Part shown: piece after piece, positions 10,562-21,892 of the stretch
How the letters are laid out: each line of letters begins with the position of its first letter
How positions within the stretch are numbered: the stretch's first letter is position 1
NCBI GenBank assembly: GCA_963842945.1
Contig: CAWJIM010000024.1
Coordinates: forward strand, 320,001-384,000
From: an uncultured Gemmatimonadales bacterium
GTDB taxonomy: Bacteria > Gemmatimonadota > Gemmatimonadetes > Gemmatimonadales > GWC2-71-9
Direction: 5' to 3'
Length of the DNA stretch: 64,000 nt
The notes under the pieces: model-generated
What the model was told of the DNA's origin: nothing
The model's database searches: none
Seen by the model: only the letters and a program-made list of their open reading frames with translations
Program-made: the position numbers and the translations under genes

Positions 10562-11590
10562 GCGGAGCCGTTCGAGCCACCTGGCTGCTGGCGCTTGGAC
10601 TCGGGTCCTCTCTGGCGCCGGCGCTGGTCGCGGGACAGGTCCGCAGCCGAGGCGCAGCCTATGCGCTAACTTCTGCGGCCGATACTACAAGGGAAAAATC
10701 GAACGGCAGTTCCGCACCCTCAGCCGGAGCGGCGAGGCGCGGTGATCCGGGGCTATCTCTCCTCCTGGGGCCTCCCACCCCTTCCCGGCAATTTCACGCT
10801 CACAGACAGTGGTCTTGTGTTCCGCTCGACCAGCGGCAGCCTCTCGGCCAGAGCCGCGTACGCTCTCGTTGGCTTACGTGGATGATGAGAATGGCCGGAC
10901 TCATTACGTCTTCCGGTTAGACAGTGGTGTTTTTGAGACCGAGGCTCCGGGAGCTCTGCTTGAAGTGGCCACGAATCCACGTTGGCTCCAGAGTCAGCAA
11001 TTGGTTGATGGGACTACCGACCGGAGATCGCCGACGGCGGAACCGGGTGTTTCGCTGCAGGCAGCCCACGAAATCGGGAGCACCGCGTACGCCGATTCAC
11101 TTGTATCAGCTGTTTGGCCGGCCTCGCGCGCCCATGGGACTGATCGGCCGGCGAGGGAGCGGCCGCCGGGCGGCTGGGCGAATACATCGCGTCCCGCGAT
11201 TCCGTGGCGCTCGACCCGGGGCACATGACCGGCGTGGCGCAACTTCGTCATGCGCTGGTGCATGAGCTCGGTCACCGTTGGCAGGTCAAAGCCAGGGCTC
11301 AGCTCACTGCACTCTGGTCGGGAGTTCCAGCGATTCGCGATCCGAAGCGGTATGGCTATGATGACCGTTCGGAGCACCAGGCAGAGGCTGTTGCCTTTGC
11401 CGTCAATTTTCTGCAGACCACGGCCACGACTCGCCCGGCCATCGCAGCGAGCTCACTCGCCCTGCTCGATCATTACGAGCTGCTCGTGCCGGGAACCACC
11501 ACGATACCCGATACCTTCTGCTGCAGCCGATCTATCGCCGCCATCCACTGCGGCCGTTTCTCGCCAGCGGCAGACTCACCTACGCTCTAG
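10558..11590 (+). CDS. Secreted zinc-metallopeptidase-like protein, multiply frameshifted
   Basis: Signal peptide; HALVHELGH (HEXXH) and downstream EHQAEAVA in ORF 11204..11590. Confidence 0.5.
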
Positions 11591-13497
11591 AGAAGTAGCT
11601 CCCGCCGCCTCCAGAACCCGCTGTCGTTGTCCCGGCGTGAGCATCTCCCGGGCGATCACCTTTTTCACCAGTCGAGCCACGAAGGTGTAGCCCCGCGGGT
11701 CGTAGACCATCCACCGGTGCCACTCCAGCTCATCGAGCGCCTCCGCCACCTTGCTTTCCGGCAGGTCCAACACTCGAGCCAGCAGATCGAGAGAGACCCG
11801 GTCGCCCAGGACCGACGCGGCCGCCAAGGCCCGTTGGGCGCCGGGACTGAGACGGCGAAACCCCACGCGAATAGCCGCGAGCACGGTGTCGGGGAGATCC
11901 CCGGGCATGGTCTGGTCCAGCGTCTTGTACGGCTCCGGCCAGGCTCCCGCGGTGCCCCGAAGATCCAGGCCCAGGGCCACGGCCCGGAGCAACTCGACCG
12001 CCAGGAGCGGGAGCCCGGCAGAGTCGGTGGCGACCCGGCGGACTACCCGCTCGATCTCGACATCGCTGAACCCCGGCAGCATTCGCCGAGCCAGGGTGCG
12101 CAGGTCGGCGGAGCCGAGTGAGCCCAGCCGAACGGCGACGCCTCTGGACGGTATTCCCCAGCCGGCTACGGAGCGCGTCCAGCTCGGCCCGGGGCGGATG
12201 GGAGTCGGTGGCAAACAGCAGGATGACCGGTGCGGATTCGAGGTCGCGCAGAATGGCCCGGAGTGCCTGCATGGACGCAGGATCCAGCCACTGGGCATCG
12301 TCGACCGCCAGGGCGATCGGCTGCTCCTCGCTGGCCGCACGAAGGATTTCGCTCAAGGCGCGCCCCCAGGAAAGCGGAGCGCCATCGCTGGGCAGGTGGG
12401 GAAATCGGTCGGCCCATTCCGGGAGCGCGTCGGCAAATATGGCCAGAGCCCGGGCGGGTGCCGCAGCCAATCCCCTGGCCTCGAGCAGACCGCTCCGGGC
12501 GAGCCCGCGAATGCCGCTCCACTCCTCTTCGTGATCGCCTTCGACCGCACGCACCGCGGCCACGGCAACACCATCGAGTCGCAGCCTGCCGAGCAGCTCC
12601 TCCATCAGCCGGGTCTTCCCCACCCCGCTCTCGCCCTTCGAGGATCAGGGCGCACGCGTGTCGCTCGGCGCGCGCGGCCGCGGCCGCATCGGCGAGGCGT
12701 GACAGCTCGGGTTCGCGTCCCACCAACGGCAGCCGAGGCTCTCCCTCCGCTGGCTCTCCGGAGCGACCCGGCGCAGGCGGCCGGACCGTGCGCTCGTGTC
12801 GCACCCGCTCGGCCAGCGCCTGCGTCTCCGGATCGGGCTGTGCCCCAATCTCCTGCTGCAATCTCTGGGTGAACTCGTCGTAGCGTTCCAGCGCGCCGGC
12901 GCGGTCTCCTGCGAGAACCAGGCTTCGCATGATGATCCGGAGAGCGGCCTCGGAGCCGGGATCCAGGGAGAGGGCACGGGCCGCCACGGTGGACGCTTCC
13001 TGTGCCTGGCCGGCCCGGAGCAGGTCCTCGGCGTGACGGGCGAGGACCTCGATGCAGCGAAGCCGGATGGCCGATCGCTCGCTGGCCAGCCAGTTCTCGA
13101 AGTCGGATGCCCCGGCGATCGAGAAGCCTTCGAGAAACTCACCGGTGATGAGACGCGATGCCGCCTCCCATTCGCCCGCGGCTGCGTATTCCTCCAGCCG
13201 ATCGATATCGAGCTTGACCGATGCTGCTGCCAGCCGGACCTGCCCCCCGCTGGTGTCCACGTTCCCATCGCCCAGGTAACGCCGGAGCACACGGATGGCC
13301 TCATTCAGCGAATGACGAGCCGCTGCTTCGGGCTTTTCTCCCCAGAGCAGTCCGATCAGGTGCTCCCGGGCACGTCCTCGGGGAGAGCGGGCAAGGTATA
13401 CCAGCAAGCCGAGGTGCTTGCGCCAGAGCAGCTCGGATGGCGCCGGAGCACCATCCACACTCAGCCCAACAGGGCCCAGGGTCTGACAGGAGATCAT
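11576..13497 (-). CDS. BTAD (SARP-type) regulator fused to AAA_16/STAND ATPase, frameshifted
   Basis: TLGP..LLVYLA..REHLIGLLW..ARHSLNEAI (wHTH-BTAD); LVGREPEL, Walker A G..GKT, Walker B AVDDAQW, GLPLLAVEL. Confidence 0.88.
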
Positions 13498-13625
13498 GCT
13501 AGGAAATTGCGCTTCGAAGCCCGACTTGAGAAGTGTGAGCGCTACGGAAGGGGCAATGTGCTGCCGAACACGGCAGCGAATCCACACCGGTGTAATCCTA
13601 AGGCGGCCTGCACCAGGAGAATTGG

Positions 13626-13766
13626 GTGACCGTAATGCTGCGTTGTCTCAACTGCGGATTCAGCTTCACCGTAACCTTTCCGTCGGTGGAACCGCCGCTG
13701 GATAAGAGCCGCCCGGTGGTCTGTGGCCACTGCAGGTCAACCCACTGGTCGTCCCAGACCTTCTAG
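13626..13766 (+). CDS. 46-aa zinc-ribbon small protein (not in ORF track)
   Basis: AGGAG RBS 6 nt before GTG; MTVMLRCLNCGFSFTVTFPSVEPPLDKSRPVVCGHCRSTHWSSQTF* with two CxxC motifs. Confidence 0.65.
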   Translation: MTVMLRCLNCGFSFTVTFPSVEPPLDKSRPVVCGHCRSTHWSSQTF

Positions 13767-14224
13767 CATCCGCCCACCTCGCGGCTCCATCCGAGCTGCG
13801 TTTCCTACTTCGGCTGCTCATCGCGGCGGTTCTGGCTGGGGTTTTAGGCTGGGAACGAGAGTCCGCCCATAAGCCGGCCGGCTTACGAACTCACATGGTG
13901 GTGGGCATAGCTTCTGCCCTGTTTACCGTGCTGGGGGAGTTGGCCCTTCAGGACCAAGCCACCGCGGTCGGGGCCGGCGCGCGAGGTGACCCGGTCCGCG
14001 TCATCCAGGCTGTCGCGGTGGGAATTGGGTTTCTGGGCTCAGGCGTCATTTTCGTCGCCAAGGAAGGCGACCGGGTCCGTGGGCTCACGACAGCCGCCTC
14101 GATCTGGGCAACCGCCGGTGTCGGAATTGCGGCCGGCTCCGGCCGATTTCTGCTGGCGGTGGGAAGTACTCTCCTCCTGATGCTGGTCTTACGGGTCATG
14201 GCGCGATTCGATCAGGATGCCTGA
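13745..14224 (+). CDS. MgtC/SapB family membrane protein (start uncertain)
   Basis: RLLIAAVLAGVLGWERE..KPAGLRTHM, GIGFLGSG, GLTTAASIW. Confidence 0.88.
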   Translation: MVVPDLLASAHLAAPSELRFLLRLLIAAVLAGVLGWERESAHKPAGLRTHMVVGIASALFTVLGELALQDQATAVGAGARGDPVRVIQAVAVGIGFLGSGVIFVAKEGDRVRGLTTAASIWATAGVGIAAGSGRFLLAVGSTLLLMLVLRVMARFDQDA

Positions 14225-14293
14225 CATCCGCACTTGATTCCGGCTTGACTCCCTCCTGAGACCATTCTGCAGAGGCAGTACCGCGGAGGAGTC

Positions 14294-14740
14294 ATGTATC
14301 CAACCCCGCTCAGCTTCCTGGGTCCCCTTGGAGGCAAGCGGATTCTGATATGCGGGATCGGAGTCGAGGCAGTGGCCTTTGCGCTGGCCGGCGCCGACGT
14401 TTACGGCTTCGACCGTTCGGTCACCCAAGTAGAAGCCGTCAAGGACCTTGCTCGGAGTCTCGCTCTCCGAGGCCGGATCTCATCTCCAAACCGCGAGCAA
14501 TGGATCAGCTGGCCTATCCGGACCGATTCTTCGACTTGGCGTTCGGAAAGACGGTTCCCGAGAATGGTGATCTCGAAGCCGGGGTCAGAGAGCTGGTGCG
14601 GGTGCTGAAGGTCGGCGCGCGGGCCGCGTTCGTGCTCCGGACCGAGGACGGCCTGCTGCAGGAAACGGTACGCCGCGTCTTTGGTTCGGCGGTGCTGGGG
14701 GAATGCTGGATTGGAGTGGAGAAAAGCTGGAGCGAAGACC
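14294..14740 (+). pseudogene. Class I SAM methyltransferase-like fragment, frameshifted
   Basis: LGGKRILICGIG..AGADVYGFD, then LAYPDRFFDL..RELVRVLKVG in another frame; runs into tRNA-Thr. Confidence 0.5.
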
Positions 14741-14745
14741 GCGAG

Positions 14746-14817
14746 AGCCACTGGTCGGATTCGAACCGACGACCGCTCGATTACGAATCGAGAGCTCTAC
14801 CCCTGAGCTACAGTGGC
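14746..14817 (-). tRNA. tRNA-Thr(CGT)
   Basis: Reverse complement GCCACTGTAGCTCAGGGGTAGAGC..CTCGA-TTCGTAA-TCGAG..GGTTCGAATCC. Confidence 0.95.
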
Positions 14818-14829
14818 GGATACGTCGGA

Positions 14830-14911
14830 TGCCCTGGCGCGGATTCGAACCGCGACGCCTTTCGGCACTACCCCCTCAAGATAGCGTGTCTACCAGTTTC
14901 ACCACCAGGGC
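14830..14911 (-). tRNA. tRNA-Leu(GAG)
   Basis: Reverse complement GCCCTGG acceptor stem, CTATC-TTGAGGG-GGTAG anticodon arm, long variable arm GCCGAAAGGC, GGTTCGAATCC. Confidence 0.95.
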
Positions 14912-15008
14912 GGAACGGCGCAGCAAGATAGCCGCCGAGCGAAAGTGGGTCAACCCTGACGGTGCGAGCTAAGTGATTAGCTGGCCACGACTAAGGAGAC
15001 CCGCTTCC

Positions 15009-16664
15009 TTATCGATCGAAGGGACTTCCCGCAATAGGAGCCCCGTTTAACTGGATGTCCAGTCGGACGCCCCTCGTGGTCACCAGGACAAATGCGTCGG
15101 TGTAGGTACCATCCTGGTTGTCATTACAGCGAGGAGGATTCTGCGCCCGACCATTTACGACACAGACGCGAGGTTGACTTCCAGTCGCACTGATTTGTAC
15201 CTGGTCTCCGCCCCGCCCGACCAAGTTGCCTTGGCCATCCCGGACAGTAACAACCAGATCGATAGCAGCAAAAAAGCTGATCTGCCTGCGCCTGACCTCT
15301 GCCGTGCTAGTCGATGGGTCGGCTGGTCCCGGCGCCACTGTGGTGGCAGCTCTTACGTCCGGCAGTGGCTCCCCTTTGAAAACGACGGTGATGTCATCTT
15401 TTCCGGTGTGCACCGGGACGTAAGAGGCGGTGTACGACCCGCCGCTAGTCTCCGTAACCGGTATGTCGCTGGGATTTGCCCCACTGATCCGGATCGACAG
15501 GTCGGCTGACGCCCCGGGAATGTCGTTGTTGAAATCGTCCTTGAGCCGCAGCGACATGGTCGTCTTCTGCCCCGCTTCACCGTCGGAAACCGAGAGCGAG
15601 CTTCGCTGGCCCGACGGTTTGCCGGGACGAACTGCAATTTCAGGGGAGGTGACGGGAGTAAATCCCGGCGCTGAGAAGATCAGCGTTCGGGTTCCGGTCC
15701 CTGCCCGGAACTCGAGGTCGGTGAAGGTGACTCTGCCATTTTCATCACTGGTTCTGCTGGTGTTGCCTCCGAGTGACCCACCCGCGCCCACATCTACAGT
15801 GACCTTGACGTCCCCGCGGGGAAGTGGCGCGCCAGTCGGGTCCTGGAGCTGGATCTCAGGCTGCTGCTCCAGCGTTTCTCCGGCGACCGCAATGGTAGAG
15901 GGCGGCGTCACGAGGGCCAGCACCGGTTTCGGGGCAGGCACCGCGGTAGCGATGAACGCTATAGGCGGACCCTCCAGCGCCTGGGCTTCGGCAACTGCTC
16001 CGTACGATCCGGGACTGTTCCCAAGAGTGTGGGCGACTGCGGCACGCCCATCGGCTCCGGTTGTGTCGGTTTGGGGACTCACCTCACCGCCGCCGGTCGA
16101 CTGCCATATCACCTCGACTCCAGGCACTCCATTGCCGAATCGATCCACCGCCCTCACTGCCAGGGATTCCGGCAGCATGGTGCTCACCTGGGCGGTTTGA
16201 CCATTGCCCCCAGCCATCGCCAGAGACTCGGGACTTTCCGGCTGCGCGGCCACGTGGAAGCTGGTGAGACCATTGGTGTCCGGTACTATTGCAGAGGCGC
16301 GCGCCTCCACCACCTGATCTCCCGCCGTGGTGCTCAGGACATAGTGAACAGCCGCCTGGCCCGAGGCATTGGTGGTGACCGGTTCGGTGGGCTGGATCGA
16401 GGCCCCGTCTGGCGGCACAAAGGTCACCTCGACACCCGGCACCGGCCGACCGGCCGGATCGGTTACTTCGGCGACCAGCGAGTCGGCCAGGGGCTGGCCC
16501 ACAGTGGCGGTCAGATTTTCTGCGTTGACGGCCGCGATCCTGGCGGGCTCCCCGTCGCGAGGCAGCAGGAGCTCGTCTCCACCGCAGGCGGCGAGGAGAA
16601 GCAGGGTGAACAGAGAGACGGCTGGAAGGAGCGGAACGCCCCGGGCAGGATCAGTCCCCGCCAT
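15009..16664 (-). CDS. Ig-like (Big_1/invasin, filamin-like C-terminus) lipoprotein 4
   Basis: LLAACGGDELLLP lipobox; repeated V-x-D-x-x-G-N/R-P-V-P-G-V-x-V modules. Confidence 0.85.
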   Translation of the reverse strand: MAGTDPARGVPLLPAVSLFTLLLLAACGGDELLLPRDGEPARIAAVNAENLTATVGQPLADSLVAEVTDPAGRPVPGVEVTFVPPDGASIQPTEPVTTNASGQAAVHYVLSTTAGDQVVEARASAIVPDTNGLTSFHVAAQPESPESLAMAGGNGQTAQVSTMLPESLAVRAVDRFGNGVPGVEVIWQSTGGGEVSPQTDTTGADGRAAVAHTLGNSPGSYGAVAEAQALEGPPIAFIATAVPAPKPVLALVTPPSTIAVAGETLEQQPEIQLQDPTGAPLPRGDVKVTVDVGAGGSLGGNTSRTSDENGRVTFTDLEFRAGTGTRTLIFSAPGFTPVTSPEIAVRPGKPSGQRSSLSVSDGEAGQKTTMSLRLKDDFNNDIPGASADLSIRISGANPSDIPVTETSGGSYTASYVPVHTGKDDITVVFKGEPLPDVRAATTVAPGPADPSTSTAEVRRRQISFFAAIDLVVTVRDGQGNLVGRGGDQVQISATGSQPRVCVVNGRAQNPPRCNDNQDGTYTDAFVLVTTRGVRLDIQLNGAPIAGSPFDR

Positions 16665-18025
16665 GCCCATCGCGTTCATGGATCTCGAAGACCTCGCTGT
16701 CGACGCTCGGTAAGCCGTCTGAGCTGGCACGCAGTCGATACTGGCCTTCCTTGTCGACGTTGAGATCATCGAAGATGGCGATGCCCGAGCGGGTCTTCTC
16801 CCGCTCATGGCCTTTGAGCTCTCCATCATCGTTGTCGCCGAGTAACTCAAGTCTAATCTCGAACTCGCCCTGAGTCACCACTTGGCCGTTCTGATCCAGC
16901 ACGGCCACCTGGACCGCCGGCTCCAGCTTCTTGTCTTTCTCCGCGGGGGATGGCTGAACCCGGAACTCGAGCCGGGTGGGGCTCGCGCTGCCTCCCCCAC
17001 CGCCACCACCGCCGTCCACCGCTCGCCACTGCCCTGAAGGTGACGAACCCGACCCCCGAGACCACAGCGTTCAGCGTGTTGACCCCGGAATTGGGGCCGA
17101 GGGTCCAGCGCACCTGCGCTTCACCATTGTCGTCGGTGGTGCTGGTGGCGCTCACACTGCCCCCACCGGTGCCAATCACCCAACTCACGGCGCGGTTGGC
17201 GACGCCGTTGCCATCTTCATCTTCCAGCCGGACAACGAGTGGCTGGCTGAGCTCCTGGTTCGGTGGGCCGGACTGATCGTTCCCGGAAACCCGAATCAGG
17301 CGGCGGGGGCCTCCCGGAGCAGCCGTGGCAGTAAAGGAGACTGGAGAGCCCTCCAGACCGTCGCTGGACGCGGTGGCGGTCTGAGTGCCCACAGTTGAGG
17401 CGAGGCTCCAGACGGTGGCGGCCTTGCCGTCGGGACCGGTGGTTGTGGTGGCCGGATCTACGCTGCCGTCTTCCGCGGCCCAGTCCACCCGAGCACCCTC
17501 GACCGGATTGCCGAACTGGTCGGTGATAAGCACCTCGAGCGGATCAGCGAGCTCAGCTCCTACCCTGTCCTCCTGACTGTTGCCGCCTGCCTCCTCTATG
17601 CGATGCGCCTCCGCCGGGTGGACAGCCGCCTGAAAGGTGACGAAGAGCTCATCGTTTCCGTCGACGCTGGCGGTAAGGGACTGGCCCCCGGCGGCTGGCC
17701 CCAGCACCCACTCCGCTTGAGCCAGCCCATCCGAGTTCGTCGTTGCTGCTTCCGGACGGACCAGAGCACCCTGAGCGTCCTCCCCGGGCGTGAAGACGAC
17801 GCGCTGGCCGGCCACGGGAGCGCCCCGCTGATCCACTACCCGGACAACGATCGGATCCTCGAGGGGGGCTCCAGCCGCTCCGTCTTGCTCGTCGCCTTGG
17901 AGCTTGGTGATGGTGGCGGGACGGGACTCGCTCGGCAGGAAGAGGTCCGATCCGCCGCACTGCGCGAGGAGGGCGAGAACGCCGATGACGGCGCCGGTTC
18001 TTCCGAGACGGACGAGTGGGTGCAT
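16651..18025 (-). CDS. Ig-like (Big_1) lipoprotein 3, frameshift near the Gly linker at ~17020
   Basis: LLAQCGGSDLFLP; three Big_1-like repeats, poly-Gly linker and a fourth Ig module. Confidence 0.85.
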
Positions 18026-18047
18026 GAGAGCCTGGGCAGAAGCTAAA

Positions 18048-18077
18048 ACCGCGCGATAAACTAGGTTATCGCGCGGT
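18048..18077 (-). terminator. Hairpin/terminator within the Ig-lipoprotein array
   Basis: ACCGCGCGATAA/TTATCGCGCGGT 12-bp stem with a short T-run on the minus strand. Confidence 0.55.
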
Positions 18078-18120
18078 GGGCCAGGCTGATATGAGGTGGA
18101 TCACACGAGGGAATTCGTGA

Positions 18121-19991
18121 TTACAGCACCAGAACGTTCTGACTAGTGGTGTTGGTAGCGCCCTGATCGTCTTCGACCGTCAAAGTGACCAAATACGGGA
18201 AAATACTCGCAGTGAAAGCATGGCTGGGATTCTGCTCTGTCGAGACGGGAGTTCCGTCACCAAAATTCCAGGTCCACTTGACGATCGTCGTATTGCCCTG
18301 GGGATCCGTGCTGGTGTCGGTGAACTGACACGGCGTGGCTCCAACGCAATCTGCGTGCGTAAAGGCTGCCGCAGGCGCATCGTTCGTCGGCGGCGGCTGG
18401 TTGACGTGATGCGGAGTCGTCGCCGGAGCTCGACGCAAAGATGTCGCTGCCCTTGTAGGTCGCCGTGATGTCACCCGATGCTGTGGGTGAGACCTGACAA
18501 CTACCCTGCGGAGCGGCAACCGTGCACGAAGGCGAGCCACTCACTGAGATCTCAACTTCCCCACTGGGCGTTCCGCCGGACGAGGAGACGGTGATGCTCA
18601 CCGTCACCGGCTGACCCGGGCTGGACGGATCGGGATCGTCAGCGATGATCGTGGTCGTCGTCGCGATCTTCTGCACCTCGATCTTGCTCGAGGTCGCCGA
18701 GCGGAATCCGTCGGCCGCAAAGATCAGCTTGTGCGTACCGCTGCCCGCGCTGATGCTCAGATCGCCGAACTGAGCCCGGCCGTTTGCATCGGTCGCAATG
18801 GTTTTCGTTCCGTTAAGCTGCCCATTGCCTTGGGAGAGGCTGACTGTGATCTCCACTCCCGGCACCGCCAGATCGTGTCCCTGAGCGTCCCTCACCTGGA
18901 CCACCGGAGCAGGATTCAGGGTGGCACCCACTGGTACTGACGAGGGCGGCTGAGTGGTGACAGCAAGGTTGCTGGGAGCACCGGTTCCTGTGCCGGTCGC
19001 ACTAAAGGTGACCGTACCCACGCCGGAGACCACAGCGTTCAGGGTGTTGCTGCCGGGGTTGGGACCCAGCGTCCAGGTCGTGCTGGCCTGACCATCGGGT
19101 CCGGTGTTGCTGGTCGCCGGATTGGCGCTCCCACCGCCCGCCCCAACCACCCAGCTGACCGGCCGGTCGACGATCGGGTTGCCGCCAGCATCCAGAACTC
19201 GCACCACCAGCGGCTGCGGCAGCGGAGAGCTGGTCGGCCCTTCCTGATCGTCTCCCGAGACAATGGTGATCGAGCTGGCGTTGCCCGCCGTGGCGTTGTG
19301 GGTGAAGGTCACCGCGGACCCGACGGCGGAGGCCCCGGTCTGCTGCAAACCCGCCGTCGGTCCCAGGGTGCGGGTGACGGACGTCTGTCCATCTGCTCCT
19401 GTGACGGTGGATTCCTCGCTCACCGCCCCCCCACCCTGCGCCGTCCAGGTCACGGTGACGCCGGAGATAGGATTGCCGAAACCATCGGTCACCGCCACCA
19501 CCAGAGGCTGAGGCAGCGTCGGTTCCGACCGGGGCGAATTGGTTGTCCCCGGACACCACGGTGAGCAGATTCGCGTCGGCCGCCAAAGCGGTCGCCGAGA
19601 AGCCCACGGCGATCGGGGTACTCCCCTCACTCTGATGGACCCGAGCTTCGCCCGTCAGCGGACCGACCTGGGAACCCAGGGTGATCCTGGTGCCCGCGAG
19701 GCCTTGAGCGTCGGTGACGCCGCTTTCCGGGGAGAGCGAGCCGCCGCCATTGTCTACCAGCAGCACGAAGTCAACGGTCACTCCAGCCACCGGCCGTCCC
19801 TGGCTATCGCTCACCTTCACGATGAGCGAATCCAGTGGCGAGCTCACCCGGGCTTGCTGTTCGTTTCCGCTCACGATTTCGATGCGAGCCGGCGCACCCT
19901 CACTGGGCAAGGTGAGGTTGTCGTCACTGCACGCGAAGACCAGCGGAAGTCCGGCGACCACGAGGGCCGAGAGCTTAAAGACGTTCACCAC
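18121..19991 (-). CDS. Ig-like (Big_1/Big_3) lipoprotein 2 with C-terminal PKD domain, frameshifted
   Basis: VFACSDDNLTLP; Big_1 repeats; PKD motif FTDTSTD..WTWNFGDG..EQNPSH..VTLTV. Confidence 0.85.
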
Positions 19992-20258
19992 CCATCCTTG
20001 CGCGGGTTCGAGTACCAGGCGCACGATGACGCCATACAAGTGCGAGGGGGCAGTCTATTCCCACCGACCCGGAGAATAAAGGGCCTGGCTCACACCTGAC
20101 TTCTAAGTTCTGTAATGAGCGGGACCTGCGGAGGGGGAAGCAGCTTACATGCCCGGCCCGGGTGAGAGGCCGGCTTCTAAGTCTCTACCTGAGGCGGGCT
20201 TGAAACGGGTGAGCCGGAGATTGTAGCGGCAGCGCCACGCCAACCTGACCCGGCCGCC

Positions 20259-20987
20259 TCAGAAGAGGACGTTAGCCTTGAAGGTTATCTCTGATGCCAC
20301 CCCCTCGACCGCAGCGGTGAGCTTGTGGATGCCGATCCGGTCGCCCAGGGTCCATGTGGTGGTGGCCTTACCCTCCGAATCGGTTTCGGAGGTTGCCGGG
20401 CTGGCGTTGCCCTCTCCCGCAACTACCTGCCAGGTAACGGGCTTACCCGGCACCGGGTTGCCGTAGCGGTCTGTCACCTGGACAACCGGGGGAGTCATAA
20501 CCATCTGTTCACGCCGGCCCGGCTGGTCCAAGGGGGTCTGCGCCGTCAGAGCCGCCGGGGGGCCCGCTCCTGCCACAGCATGGAACTCCGCAACCTTGTC
20601 CTCACCCTCGACCCCGGTCAGTCGGGCCACCACGATGTACGAGCCGGGAACAGTCCCCAGGGTCCAGTTCGAGACAGCCTCACCGGCGGAGTTAGTGGTA
20701 GCCGACAACGGATCAACCGCGCCTCCTGCGGGGTCGGCGAGCTCGAAGGTGACCGTCAGGCCACTGACCCCCTGTTGATCCTGGTTGAGGACCCGAACAA
20801 TGAGTGGCGCGCCAAGCCTCTCGCCCACCGGGCCGTGCTGTTCGTCGCCGTTCACCTTGGTGAGCGCAACGCTCTCGGCCGCACTGCCCGGAGACTCGGG
20901 AAGGACCAGATCACTGCCGCATCCAAAGAGGCCAAGCGAGAGGACGACAAGACCCGGCCGCACGATTATTGAGGTCGTGTGGGACAT
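20259..20987 (-). CDS. Ig-like (Big_1) lipoprotein 1
   Basis: LFGCGSDLVLP; two Big_1-like repeats each ending WTLG...F-x-A. Confidence 0.85.
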   Translation of the reverse strand: MSHTTSIIVRPGLVVLSLGLFGCGSDLVLPESPGSAAESVALTKVNGDEQHGPVGERLGAPLIVRVLNQDQQGVSGLTVTFELADPAGGAVDPLSATTNSAGEAVSNWTLGTVPGSYIVVARLTGVEGEDKVAEFHAVAGAGPPAALTAQTPLDQPGRREQMVMTPPVVQVTDRYGNPVPGKPVTWQVVAGEGNASPATSETDSEGKATTTWTLGDRIGIHKLTAAVEGVASEITFKANVLF

Positions 20988-21181
20988 TGATTCACGCTAT
21001 CTGGAAGTACGCCGACCCGGTAGGGTCGGATCAGGTGGGGGTGCAGCAGAATAGTCCCCTGAGCACCAAATCGGTAGTGTCTCACTCGCCCCTGGTTTGC
21101 TGCCATCACCCACCTTTCGACCGCCATTAGGTTTGGAAACCCCGCAACTGCTCTCCCTCTCGCAAGGGCCGGACCACTTTC

Positions 21182-21892
21182 ATGGCGCTGCGCTCCCGCT
21201 CTGTCCTGGTAGCTGGATTCCTCCTCGTGGCAGCGGTATGCGCCCGACTTGGAATCTGGCAGGTTCACCGGCTGCGAGAGAGACGTGCGGCCAACGCGCT
21301 GGCCCAGTCGGCCAGAGCTGCGCCGACAGTGCAGGTGGATAGCTTCGGCCTGGATAGCAGCCTGATCGGTCGCCGGGTCGTGGTGCGTGGCCGGTACGAC
21401 AATGGCCACGACATTGTTCTTCGCGGGCGGGGATACGCCGGGGTTCCCGGGGTGGAGATCGTGTCTCCCCTGCTGCAGCAGTCAGGCGCGGCGGTATTGG
21501 TCAACCGGGGGTTCGTGCCCGCTCCGGATGCGGTCACCGTTGAGCTGGGCGCACTCACGGAGCCCGGCCCTGTGACCGTCCAGGGCATTGTCCTGCCATT
21601 CGATTCGGCCGCCGGTGCCCCATTGCAGCGGGGCAATCAGACAACCTGGGCGCGGCTCAACCGCACAGCCATCACAGAGCAGTTTCCCTACCCGATCGAG
21701 CCGCTCTACGTCCGGCAGACTCCCGACAGCAGCTTACCCCGGTTTCCCCGGCGGCTCGACCCGCCGCCGCTGGATGACGGCCCCCACCTGAGCTACGCCA
21801 TTCAGTGGTTCGCGTTTTCCGTAATCGCCCTGGTCTTTGGGGTGATCATGGCCATCAGGCCTTGGGGCGAACACCGTCCAGCTCCTCGATAG
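21182..21892 (+). CDS. SURF1 family protein
   Basis: LGIWQVHR, VLVNRGFVP, HLSYAIQWFAF. Confidence 0.92.
   Translation: MALRSRSVLVAGFLLVAAVCARLGIWQVHRLRERRAANALAQSARAAPTVQVDSFGLDSSLIGRRVVVRGRYDNGHDIVLRGRGYAGVPGVEIVSPLLQQSGAAVLVNRGFVPAPDAVTVELGALTEPGPVTVQGIVLPFDSAAGAPLQRGNQTTWARLNRTAITEQFPYPIEPLYVRQTPDSSLPRFPRRLDPPPLDDGPHLSYAIQWFAFSVIALVFGVIMAIRPWGEHRPAPR

Noticed and set aside
3043..14911. Genomic island or prophage bounded by tRNA genes
   Set aside because: No integrase, no duplicated tRNA 3' end (att site) and no phage structural genes; the content is mostly ordinary chromosomal genes.
20990..21180. c-di-GMP-I riboswitch before the Ig-lipoprotein array
   Set aside because: CGAAAG and GCAAACC words occur on the minus strand but in the wrong order and without the required stems.
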